From a virus (lineage: Duplodnaviria > Caudoviricetes): a stretch of 64,000 nt of DNA. Both the position numbers and the translations under genes were made by a program. Location of the stretch: IMG/VR virus record IMGVR_UViG_3300046473_000190, positions 1 through 64,000 of that record, one strand, 5' to 3'. Positions 39,673 through 47,646 of the stretch are shown one piece after another (within the stretch, counting starts at the first letter, position 1; every line of letters begins with the position of its first letter). The notes beneath the pieces were generated by a model. The model was not told the DNA's origin. It was given only the letters and a program-made list of their open reading frames with translations, and searched no databases.

Positions 39673-40137
39673 TCACTCCGCACGGTCGACGACTTCGTCC
39701 CATGCGGATATTCGCTTCTTGGTTCGTTCGTCGAGAATCCATCTTTGTCTTGCCATTCGCCGCGTTCGTTCAAGTACGCTGTCAGGTTCCATCCCCGCCA
39801 TATCACAGACTTTTCTGAGGTCCACGCTGTCGGTAGTCAGCCACTTACGTGCCTCATCCCGGATGCGAATCGAGTCGGAAAGTGCGCGTTCTCTGGCGTG
39901 CGCGAGGACTTCGTTGGGAAAGTCCCGTTTGAAAACATTCGCTAAATCAGCAAGGTTTTTCGGCTTTTCCCCTTTCTTTAAACACTTGGCGAGTATCAAG
40001 CTTCGCGCGGCAAGGGTAAGAGCCTTGTCGGTGAACGGACGGATTGTTTTGGGACGCATTGTGGCGTCGTTGATGGCTTGGTTGATGACAGAACACCATA
40101 AAGCCCTACAACGCTCGGCTTCCATATCTGCACTCAT
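39673..40137 (-). CDS. hypothetical protein
   Basis: RBS AGGAG; LWCSVINQAINDA...ARKWL..DSVDLRKVCDMAG. Confidence 0.6.
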   Translation of the reverse strand: MSADMEAERCRALWCSVINQAINDATMRPKTIRPFTDKALTLAARSLILAKCLKKGEKPKNLADLANVFKRDFPNEVLAHARERALSDSIRIRDEARKWLTTDSVDLRKVCDMAGMEPDSVLERTRRMARQRWILDERTKKRISAWDEVVDRAE

Positions 40138-40259
40138 TTAATTTCTCCTATGGGTTATCGTGGCTATCAGAAACTATGATGGCCAAGATGTAAAATCACT
40201 TGTTTGTGAGATTGTTTGCTGCTAGAAAGACGACAGCGCAACAAACGTGACGAACGTTT

Positions 40260-41411
40260 TTGAGCAAACAGCAAGAGTTCGCCGAGGCTCGACAGCAATT
40301 TGAAGGGCGCATTCTCGCCCTGCAAGAATATATTCTTGTTCTTGAACGCCAAGCCCGCGAGATGCAGCGAGCCCTGCACAAGTCGGGGACTATCCGCCAA
40401 TCGGTATTGGGCCTGTCCGAAGCAATGCCCGAGCCGCCCAAGTTCATCCCTACCGCCCGTCACGAATCCGCATCGGAAGCCATTGTCCTTATGGCCACGG
40501 ATTGGCAATGGGGCGAGGTGGTGGACCTCGAGGCGATGGACGGGGTGAATTGCTACAACGTTGAAATCGCACGCAAAAGGGCGGAGCGGTTCTTCAAGAC
40601 TGCATTGGAACTGAGCACGGAATACTGGTCGGGCCCGCCGCCGCAGCGGCTGATCCTCGTTCTTGGCGGCGACCTGATATCGGGCGAGATCCATGAGGAA
40701 CTGGCAAAAACCAACGAGCTGCTGAGTCTACCGGCACTCAAGGATGTTACGGGTTACATCATCGCCGGAATCAATCTGCTGCTGGACAAGCTCGGTTGCC
40801 CTATCGATGTTATCGTTATTCCCGGCAATCATGGCCGAACGACGCGCCGGCCGGAAAGCAAGCAAAATGCCCTTACAAGCTATGATAACTTGGTCGGAGA
40901 CTTTGTGGAGTTGTACTATCAATCCAGCAAGCGGAAGCGGTGTCCCAAGTTCTATACTCCCGCTTCAGGCGATGCCCTGTTATCATTATTTGGCTGGAAC
41001 TTCCTCATTACCCACGGCGACCGTATGGGTTCGCGTGGCGGTACCGGATTTGGCGGGGCCATCTACACCATCGCGCGCGGGTTCAAGCGATTGACGCAGG
41101 ATTATGCGGCTCGGCGTATTCAGCTGGATTACATTCTTTGCGGCCATTTTCATTCGAGTTATAAGCTGGACGAGGGGTACAGTTCGGCAAGCCTCGTCGG
41201 TCCTTCCGAGTTCAGCCGCGATTGGCGCATGGTGCCCCAACCCGCAAGTCAACTATTCCTTGCCGTGCATCCCAAGCGCGGCGTGACCCTCGTTAGGGAT
41301 ATCCACGTCGGACACCCCAGCGAGGGTACGATTTACCAAGGGCCCAAGGACGTTACCACGCGAATGCCCTCGTCCAGCATTCCGAAAGTCAGCCCCAGGA
41401 GGTTAACGTGA
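40260..41411 (+). CDS. calcineurin-like metallophosphoesterase with N-terminal coiled coil
   Basis: TDWQWGE, GGDLISG, PGNHGR, HGD, GHFH motifs. Confidence 0.8.
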   Translation: MSKQQEFAEARQQFEGRILALQEYILVLERQAREMQRALHKSGTIRQSVLGLSEAMPEPPKFIPTARHESASEAIVLMATDWQWGEVVDLEAMDGVNCYNVEIARKRAERFFKTALELSTEYWSGPPPQRLILVLGGDLISGEIHEELAKTNELLSLPALKDVTGYIIAGINLLLDKLGCPIDVIVIPGNHGRTTRRPESKQNALTSYDNLVGDFVELYYQSSKRKRCPKFYTPASGDALLSLFGWNFLITHGDRMGSRGGTGFGGAIYTIARGFKRLTQDYAARRIQLDYILCGHFHSSYKLDEGYSSASLVGPSEFSRDWRMVPQPASQLFLAVHPKRGVTLVRDIHVGHPSEGTIYQGPKDVTTRMPSSSIPKVSPRRLT

Positions 41412-41577
41412 TCGAGATAAAGTATGATGATGTTTCTGAGGCCATGCTAGTGATAGATAAAGAAAAGGACTTAGGTTTCTGCGTTACGAAGCTATTCTTT
41501 ACGGATCATGAGTTTAGGGAGTTTGTCGAAATGTTGGCCGATAGCTTTAACGCCCTGCAAATCCAGGAAGGCACCAC

Positions 41578-42000
41578 ATGAAACTTGAAGGCTTACCCGT
41601 CATTGACGCCAAGGAACCGATATTGTTCACGGTGACCAAGCGGGATGTCAAAATAGGCGGTCTTAAGGAACCGGACAGTTGCGCGATGGCGCTGGCGTGC
41701 AAGCGCGAACATCACTCTAAGGATGTCCGAATCCACCTAAACTACTCATATGTCTTGGAAAAAGACCACTGGGTACGCTATCGCACGCCCGCCTGCGTCA
41801 CGAGGGAGATTGTGGCGTTCGACCGGGGTGGCGCTTTCGACCCTGGCGAATATATGCTGCTGGTTCCGTACAAGTCTGACCGGCTTTTGGTGAGAAGCCC
41901 CCGTAAACGCCCAATCAAACGGGTGTCATCGAAGCGGTATATGCATATCACGGCGAATGTCCGAACCCGGCCGGCCCTTACGACGCGGGTAATCGACTAG
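41578..42000 (+). CDS. hypothetical protein
   Basis: 140 aa ORF with AGGAAGG RBS. Confidence 0.55.
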   Translation: MKLEGLPVIDAKEPILFTVTKRDVKIGGLKEPDSCAMALACKREHHSKDVRIHLNYSYVLEKDHWVRYRTPACVTREIVAFDRGGAFDPGEYMLLVPYKSDRLLVRSPRKRPIKRVSSKRYMHITANVRTRPALTTRVID

Positions 42001-42216
42001 ATGGCAAGTCATGGACAAGGACGGTCAGCCCAGTGAGAAAAAGCCCGGTTCCAGCTATACGCCGGACCCGCCATGGGCAGATCGTGATGTCGGGGATGAT
42101 GACGAACAGCGAACGAGAAAGCGAAAGCCGAAGGCGGCACCGAAGCAATGCCGCATCCGAAAACGGAACTCACCCCCTCGTGTGCTTGCTGACGACGGCC
42201 CTTAAGCCGTAAACGC

Positions 42217-42468
42217 TTAACGTTTGGCGAGGCCTCTCAGTGCTTTTTCAAGATGTGGCGGGTTTAATTCAGCCTGTGATAGCCGTTGATTACGAGAGTC
42301 CTCATAAAAGCGCGTTGCCGCCTCATACAAGCCGATTTCGTTCTCGATGGCCTGCCTGATGAAGGCACCACGGGACATGCGCTTGGGCATTACGCGGTTG
42401 ATTCGCGCAATGGTTCCGGCCTCGAGGCCGACTAATACCTTGTCCTCAACGAATCCCCGGCGGCCCAT
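42217..42468 (-). CDS. putative ribbon-helix-helix DNA-binding protein
   Basis: KVLVGLEAGTIARINRVMPKRMSRGAFIRQAIENEI. Confidence 0.45.
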   Translation of the reverse strand: MGRRGFVEDKVLVGLEAGTIARINRVMPKRMSRGAFIRQAIENEIGLYEAATRFYEDSRNQRLSQAELNPPHLEKALRGLAKR

Positions 42469-42540
42469 TTATTTTCCTTTCGCGCTTGACAGTAAATAGC
42501 CTATATGCTTTTATGTGGGGCTTCAAGGGGAGCAAATCAA

Positions 42541-42732
42541 ATGGCATATCCGAAGCGCTTTTGTGTGAAATACGAGTCCAAAACTTGGTTTGTTTGGGAC
42601 CGCAGACTAAAAGAAGAAGCTGGCCCGCCGGTGAGAACTCGAGCGGAAGCTAGACAAAAAGCTTGGCGATACAACGCCATATCGTACTTGGAAGGAACGC
42701 TCCTGTCATCTAATACTGGCAAAGCGTCATGA
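42541..42732 (+). CDS. hypothetical protein
   Basis: ATG after GGGGAG; follows the duplicated element. Confidence 0.5.
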   Translation: MAYPKRFCVKYESKTWFVWDRRLKEEAGPPVRTRAEARQKAWRYNAISYLEGTLLSSNTGKAS

Positions 42733-43079
42733 CAGCCAAAATCCGCACATTTCGCTACGTCCGCCTTGACGACGTGTCGGCCTATCTAGAGCTTGGGTGG
42801 ATATCGCCCGAAGTTCGCCCGCACCCGCATATGGACAGGTATCGCGTCATTATGGAATGGCCGCATGATCGGGAGGCCATCGAGCCGATGGGCCAGTTTG
42901 AGGCTGGCGCGTTCCTGCGCGACCAGCGATGGGATCGGGGCGAGATCGCCCCGTTTCGTTCGATTGCCGATATTGCCAATCGGATAGCGGACAAGATGGT
43001 TGCCGACATGGAATACGAACGGGCGGCCGAGGATGCGCAGCGCCGACAAGATGCGGCGGATGGTTTCGATGACGAATGA
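42729..43079 (+). CDS. hypothetical protein
   Basis: ATGA overlap; 116 aa. Confidence 0.5.
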   Translation: MTAKIRTFRYVRLDDVSAYLELGWISPEVRPHPHMDRYRVIMEWPHDREAIEPMGQFEAGAFLRDQRWDRGEIAPFRSIADIANRIADKMVADMEYERAAEDAQRRQDAADGFDDE

Positions 43080-43089
43080 GGAGGGGACA

Positions 43090-43722
43090 ATGAATCCTAT
43101 GAATTCAGGAGAAACCGCTGAACTCGTGACTGCATTGGCAAAAGCGCAAGCTGTTATGCCGCCGGTGCCCTTCAATAAGAAGGTGGATTTTGTTTCCAAG
43201 AACGGAAGCCGCCGAAAATACAGCTATGCCGATTTGACGGCGATATTTTCTGTTACCAAAAAGCCCTTGGGCGATAATGGTCTTTCGGTGACACAAACGA
43301 CTGCGATACAAGACGAAAGAATTATTCTTACGACCACGCTTTGGCATACTTCAGGTCAATGGATTGCCAGCGAATTTCCCTTGCGGGCCGGGTTGGAACC
43401 GCAGGAGTTTGCGTCTTTACTGACCTATAACAAGCGGTACCAATATTGCGCACTTTTAGGTGTTAGCGCCGATGAGGACGACGACGGCGAGGCCACGCGC
43501 AAGAGCAATGGTGCTGCGGTCGTGCCGACCGGCGAGGTTCTGAGCGAGGAACAGTGTCAAACGCTTGTGGCTGCGCTTGAGGCTCGCAAAATGCCGGTTA
43601 AGCGGCTGATGAAATACGTTTCCACCGTCTTTGGCGATGAACTGACGGAGGTGGCCGACATTCCTGCGGAACTTTACGAACAATGCCTGAAGAAAATTCA
43701 GAAGCAGGAGACGGCCGAGTGA
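43090..43722 (+). CDS. erf: ERF-family single-strand annealing protein
   Basis: ELVTALAKAQ, YSYADL, QEFASLLTYNKRYQYCALLGVSADEDDDG. Confidence 0.88.
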   Translation: MNPMNSGETAELVTALAKAQAVMPPVPFNKKVDFVSKNGSRRKYSYADLTAIFSVTKKPLGDNGLSVTQTTAIQDERIILTTTLWHTSGQWIASEFPLRAGLEPQEFASLLTYNKRYQYCALLGVSADEDDDGEATRKSNGAAVVPTGEVLSEEQCQTLVAALEARKMPVKRLMKYVSTVFGDELTEVADIPAELYEQCLKKIQKQETAE

Positions 43723-44411
43723 TTGAGCAACGCACGCCGGAATGGCACGCGCTTAGGCTCGGCAAGCTAACTGCGAGCCGTATCGCCGACGCGACGGCCC
43801 GCACCAAAACTGGCTGGGGCGCCAGTCGCGCCAATTACATGGCTGAATTATTGACTGAGCGCCTGACAGGGCAACCCTATCCACAATATCGCAATGCCGC
43901 CATGGATTGGGGCACCCAGACGGAGCCTGAGGCTCGCACGGTCTATGAGTTCGAGCGCAACGTGACGGTCGAGGAGGTTGGGTTTGTTCCGCACTCGCGT
44001 ATTGCGATGTCGGGCGCATCTCCTGATGGGTTGGTAGGCAAGGGGCTTGACCAAGAGTGGGGGCTGGTCGAATTCAAGTGTCCGAATACGAGCACTCACA
44101 TTGCCGTCTTGCTGGGCGAGGGAGGGATGGACCCGGCCTATACCAAGCAGGTCCAATGGCAGATGGCTTGCTGTCCCGGTAGGAAGTGGTGCGATTGGGT
44201 GAGTTATGATCCACGGCTGCCAGCAGCAATGCGGATAGTGATCGTTCGTGTGCCGCGTGATGACAAGATGATTGCCAAGCTCGAGGCTGAAGTTACTGAG
44301 TTCCTTGCTGAATTGGCCACCAAGCAAATCCAATTATTGGAACGGTATGCCAACCGCCGGTCCCCTGACAGCCTGATGGAACAATTGCGGCAATCGGCGG
44401 CTGTCGCATGA
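43719..44411 (+). CDS. YqaJ/lambda exonuclease-family recombination nuclease
   Basis: QRTPEWHALRLGKLTAS, AMDWGTQTEPEAR, GASPDGLV, EFKCP, QVQWQM. Confidence 0.9.
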   Translation: MIEQRTPEWHALRLGKLTASRIADATARTKTGWGASRANYMAELLTERLTGQPYPQYRNAAMDWGTQTEPEARTVYEFERNVTVEEVGFVPHSRIAMSGASPDGLVGKGLDQEWGLVEFKCPNTSTHIAVLLGEGGMDPAYTKQVQWQMACCPGRKWCDWVSYDPRLPAAMRIVIVRVPRDDKMIAKLEAEVTEFLAELATKQIQLLERYANRRSPDSLMEQLRQSAAVA

Positions 44412-44565
44412 CTATTGAGCAGTGGGCGGCCGAAGAAAAACGCAAAATAAATCAATTTGTCTACGATTGGCAAGAGTTTAGCAAGGTGTATGTAGGGCCA
44501 AAGGCAAGGTCGCGGTCTTATTCGGAGTGGCTTCAAATCTATCGAGATCGTTTCATTTGGAAGAT

Positions 44566-44895
44566 ATGATGCGGAATATCAGCGACCAGGATGTAGAGAC
44601 GGCTTTCGACTGGCTGCGCGAGAATGCATCTGCGGCGGCCAAGGCCAGGGCGGAGCGGGTCTATTTAGAGGCTTTTTCTAAGTCGCTTAAGGCCTTGTTG
44701 ATGCAGAATAGCGATAAGAAGTCGATTTCCGAACAAGAGCGCGATGCTTATGCGGCTCCAACATACCTTAAACACTTGCAGGCGCTCAAGGAAGCGGTGT
44801 TCGAAGACGAGAAAATAAGGTTTTTGCGCGAGGCCGCGCTGGCTAAAGTCGACGCTTGGAGAAGTGCCTCGGCTAATGAACGGGTGCGGGTATGA
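44566..44895 (+). CDS. hypothetical helical protein
   Basis: AKARAERVYLE..KSLKALLM..EQERDAYA. Confidence 0.55.
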   Translation: MMRNISDQDVETAFDWLRENASAAAKARAERVYLEAFSKSLKALLMQNSDKKSISEQERDAYAAPTYLKHLQALKEAVFEDEKIRFLREAALAKVDAWRSASANERVRV

Positions 44896-45245
44896 GGTCG
44901 GTTCCCCAATGGCACGGTCGCACTGACGACTCGCCCATACCTTTACGGGTACGTTTACGGGTATGGGAACGCTGCGAAGGGTGTTGCACGTCCTGTTCTC
45001 GCAAGATTCATGTTGGGCAAAAATGGGAACTTGACCACGGCATGCCTCTCATTCTCGGTGGGGCGCACGCTGAGAACAACCTGCGCGTCATATGCGATTG
45101 GTGCCACAAGGCCAAAACGCGCACCGAGCAGGCTCGCAAGGCCAAGGCGGACCATGTAGCGAAACGGCATGCAGGGATTAGGAAACGGCGGTCTTTTCGG
45201 GCTTGGCGCAAATTTGACGGTACGATTGTCCATGCTGACGACTAA
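44892..45245 (+). CDS. HNH endonuclease
   Basis: CTSC..WELDHGMPLILGG.HAENNLRVICDWCHKAKT. Confidence 0.88.
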   Translation: MRSVPQWHGRTDDSPIPLRVRLRVWERCEGCCTSCSRKIHVGQKWELDHGMPLILGGAHAENNLRVICDWCHKAKTRTEQARKAKADHVAKRHAGIRKRRSFRAWRKFDGTIVHADD

Positions 45246-45376
45246 TTCCCCGACGTGGCGGGGCCCCAATGCTCCGGGGGTAGCCACGACAGAGTCCAGC
45301 GGGCGGTGACTCTGTTTCGGAAACAACACCCGCAGCGGCGGCGCTTATCTCCTGTGAGTGGCCGCCGCAACTCAAT

Positions 45377-45476
45377 TGTGATGTCGTCACAAAATGTATG
45401 ATTGTTCGATAATGGCTGTTGACAGTAGAGGGTTTATTGCCCTATAGTGGTTTCATCAGAACGGGAGATGGACATG
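45377..45476 (+). promoter_or_regulatory. repeat P1: operator + sigma70-type promoter + RBS
   Basis: TGTGA-N5-TCACA; TTGACA(45419)-18 nt-TATAGT(45443); GGGAGATGGACATG. Confidence 0.8.
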
Positions 45477-45608
45477 AGCAAAGCAAAACCCTGCAAACCC
45501 TGCAAACTCTGTAAACTCTGTAAGCGCCCCACTCTAGCTAAGGATCAAATCTGCGACCGGCATTATATGGATAAGCCTCGCAGTCTCCCGCTGCCGTCAC
45601 GCAAATGA
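45474..45608 (+). CDS. mini-gene, 44 aa Cys/Lys-rich
   Basis: MSKAKPCKPCKLCKLCKRPTLAKDQICDRHY...; directly after P1. Confidence 0.6.
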   Translation: MSKAKPCKPCKLCKLCKRPTLAKDQICDRHYMDKPRSLPLPSRK

Positions 45609-45632
45609 ACCCCCACCCAACAGGAGACGGAC

Positions 45633-45743
45633 ATGACAGACAACCTATTCGACCTAGTCCTTCAGATGCGCGCCGAACAAGCCAAAAAAGACCAAGAAGC
45701 CAAGGACGCCATCGAGCAGGAAAAGAAGGCACGGGCGCGCTAA
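45633..45743 (+). CDS. mini-gene, 36 aa, ends RAR*
   Basis: leader CAACAGGAGACGGACATG; stop codon lies in J1 loop. Confidence 0.65.
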   Translation: MTDNLFDLVLQMRAEQAKKDQEAKDAIEQEKKARAR

Positions 45744-45772
45744 TGCGCCCCAACCAACAGGAGATGGACATG
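45732..45772 (+). repeat. cassette junction J1 (hairpin with stop codon in loop + RBS)
   Basis: CGGGCGCGCTAATGCGCCCC-AA-CCAACAGGAGATGGACATG. Confidence 0.9.
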
Positions 45773-45841
45773 TTGGCCTTGGGCGACATGGTATCTTATG
45801 GTTCCCCAAAGTATCTTAGTGGCGCCTTATGGCTCCGATGA
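45770..45841 (+). CDS. mini-gene, 23 aa (possibly a remnant)
   Basis: starts at J1 ATG. Confidence 0.4.
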   Translation: MLALGDMVSYGSPKYLSGALWLR

Positions 45842-45863
45842 ATGCCATAAAACACGCCGCAAA

Positions 45864-45962
45864 TGTGATGTCATCACAAAATGTATGATTGTTTGGATAT
45901 GGCTGTTGACATAGAGGGTCTATCGCCCTATAGTGGTTTCATCAGAACAGGAGATGGACATG
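45864..45962 (+). promoter_or_regulatory. repeat P2: operator + sigma70-type promoter + RBS
   Basis: TGTGAT-GTC-ATCACA; TTGACA(45906)-17 nt-TATAGT(45929); CAGGAGATGGACATG. Confidence 0.85.
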
Positions 45963-46154
45963 ACCAAGATTGAAAAGCAAGTCTGGAACAAGACCCACCG
46001 CGATTACCGCTCAATTATCAATGGCGAGCGCTACGTGATGCAATACAACTCACAAAGTGGCGGCAGCGAATTGGTTCCCTTGTCCTCTTGCCGCAAAGTC
46101 ACCGAAGCTTACGAGGAATTGAGCCACCGTGCCGGTATTGTGGCCGCCGACTAA
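45960..46154 (+). CDS. mini-gene, 64 aa
   Basis: starts at P2 ATG: MTKIEKQVWNKTHRDYRSIINGERYV... Confidence 0.7.
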   Translation: MTKIEKQVWNKTHRDYRSIINGERYVMQYNSQSGGSELVPLSSCRKVTEAYEELSHRAGIVAAD

Positions 46155-46166
46155 CAGGAGAGGGAC

Positions 46167-46346
46167 ATGACCAATCAGGAAATCATCGACAACCTCTACG
46201 AAGCCCTTAATGGCCTGAGCATCGGCTGGCAAATGACTAATCTGAAGGACGAGGCCAAACGCCAACACCTGCAGGCTCCGGTAAATGCGGCTATCGCAGC
46301 AGTTTCACAGGTTATCGCCGAGTTCGAGAATGGTCGGGCGCGCTAA
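46167..46346 (+). CDS. mini-gene, 59 aa, ends RAR*
   Basis: leader AACAGGAGAGGGACATG; stop codon lies in J2 loop. Confidence 0.65.
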   Translation: MTNQEIIDNLYEALNGLSIGWQMTNLKDEAKRQHLQAPVNAAIAAVSQVIAEFENGRAR

Positions 46347-46375
46347 TGCGCCCCATCCAACAGGAGACGGACATG
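46335..46375 (+). repeat. cassette junction J2
   Basis: CGGGCGCGCTAATGCGCCCC-AT-CCAACAGGAGACGGACATG; 39/41 identical to J1. Confidence 0.9.
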
Positions 46376-46540
46376 ACCGCAACAGATGATCGCCGCAACC
46401 TTGTTGAGTTGTTTGATCTTGCCCGCAATATCGCCGGTTTGGATGAACGCTCAATTATGGCAATGGACCTGCATACTCTCCGAGCCACATTGCGAGAATA
46501 CCGCGATCTGGCTCGCGTCATGCTGGAAACAGTTACATAA
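46373..46540 (+). CDS. mini-gene, 55 aa
   Basis: starts at J2 ATG. Confidence 0.65.
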   Translation: MTATDDRRNLVELFDLARNIAGLDERSIMAMDLHTLRATLREYRDLARVMLETVT

Positions 46541-46541
46541 A

Positions 46542-46769
46542 ATGACCCCCACCGAATTCCGCTCCGCTCTAGCCGCCCTTAACCTCTCTCAGGTAGGGGC
46601 GGCTAGAGCATGGGGAGTCAACCCGCGCACTGTTCGCGATTGGGCAGACATGAGAGGGAAGGGTCCACCACCACCTATTCCAGCACTGCTCTCGGAGGTA
46701 GTTTGGCTGCGGAATAATGTTCCAGACTATGCTGAGCGGTTTGTTCTCAGCAGAGCGATAAAAATGTGA
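46542..46769 (+). CDS. small XRE-like HTH protein
   Basis: MTPTEFRSALAALNLSQVGAARAWGVNPRTVRDW; stop codon overlaps the P3 operator. Confidence 0.75.
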   Translation: MTPTEFRSALAALNLSQVGAARAWGVNPRTVRDWADMRGKGPPPPIPALLSEVVWLRNNVPDYAERFVLSRAIKM

Positions 46770-46862
46770 TGCCGTCACAAAATGTATGATTGTTGGATAT
46801 GGCTGTTGACATAGAGGGTCTATCGCCCTATAGTGGTTTTATCAGAACGGGAGATGGACATG
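46765..46862 (+). promoter_or_regulatory. repeat P3: operator + sigma70-type promoter + RBS
   Basis: TGTGA-N5-TCACA; TTGACA(46806)-17 nt-TATAGT(46829); near-identical to P2. Confidence 0.85.
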
Positions 46863-47039
46863 ACCGAACTAGACCTCGACCAAGTATTACTCCCGCAAGT
46901 CGCACAGCTTGCAGAAGCGGGTGGCGGGTGGGCAAACTGGAATGATCTTCCCGGCGGCGACGAATGGGTACAAGGCGCAATAGACCGTGGCTTGCTGCGC
47001 TACGAAGACGGCTTCGTGCAACTGGCAGCCAAATCATGA
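46860..47039 (+). CDS. mini-gene, 59 aa
   Basis: starts at P3 ATG. Confidence 0.65.
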   Translation: MTELDLDQVLLPQVAQLAEAGGGWANWNDLPGGDEWVQGAIDRGLLRYEDGFVQLAAKS

Positions 47040-47104
47040 CTTCACATCTCGGATTAACGGGATGGCAACTTGGATCAGCAGGACCAACAGAACAGGAGAT
47101 GGAC

Positions 47105-47245
47105 ATGACCCGCTACCAAGTCACCGAAGGCAAAAACAGGAATTGGGCAGTTCTCGACACCACCACCAATGCCCTCGTATTTGAAAGCGACTCTCGGCTG
47201 CTCACTTACGACAAACAAGAAGAGTTAACCCAGCGGGCGCGCTAA
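47105..47245 (+). CDS. mini-gene, 46 aa, ends RAR*
   Basis: leader AACAGGAGATGGACATG; stop codon lies in J3 loop. Confidence 0.65.
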   Translation: MTRYQVTEGKNRNWAVLDTTTNALVFESDSRLLTYDKQEELTQRAR

Positions 47246-47278
47246 TGCGCCCCTCTAAACCAACAGGAGACGGACATG
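47234..47278 (+). repeat. cassette junction J3
   Basis: CGGGCGCGCTAATGCGCCCC-TCTAAA-CCAACAGGAGACGGACATG. Confidence 0.9.
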
Positions 47279-47425
47279 AATGACGAACGCAAAATAATCA
47301 AATATCTCGGTTACACCATCGAGCCAGAGAATAGCGGGAACCTATCAATCTACCGCTTTGGCTACCTGACTAGCTTTCGCAGCATTGATGAATGCATGCG
47401 CTACATCGAATGGAAGGAGGCATAG
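47276..47425 (+). CDS. mini-gene, 49 aa
   Basis: starts at J3 ATG: MNDERKIIKYLGYTIE... Confidence 0.65.
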   Translation: MNDERKIIKYLGYTIEPENSGNLSIYRFGYLTSFRSIDECMRYIEWKEA

Positions 47426-47427
47426 CC

Positions 47428-47547
47428 ATGAAGGATAACGCCAAGCTCGTGATCCGTGCCGCGCTCTACGCTGCCTTAGGCTGGGGCGTGATTGCCTTAG
47501 TCATTCTCAGTACGGGCGCACATTACGACATTTGGCATGCGAGGTGA
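47428..47547 (+). CDS. mini membrane peptide, 39 aa
   Basis: RBS AAGGAGG; one hydrophobic helix. Confidence 0.5.
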   Translation: MKDNAKLVIRAALYAALGWGVIALVILSTGAHYDIWHAR

Positions 47548-47646
47548 GACGCTGGTAGCATCAAAGGGATGAGGTGTTGCTTAACCGCAACACTTTCCTA
47601 ATATTGTTGCGTAGATAGCCGTCAAGGTGGTAAAGTTTAAGGCGCC

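Noticed and set aside
45377-46780. Canonical CRP sites
   Set aside because: The spacer is 5 nt rather than 6, so they are kept only as operator-like palindromes.
45377-47278. CRISPR array interpretation of the repeats
   Set aside because: Intervening segments are 70-400 bp ORFs with RBS, the repeats are of two classes, and no cas genes are present.
45732-47278. Integron attC sites
   Set aside because: The hairpins are only 18 bp, lack the RYYYAAC/GTTRRRY core architecture, and no tyrosine integrase is in the window.
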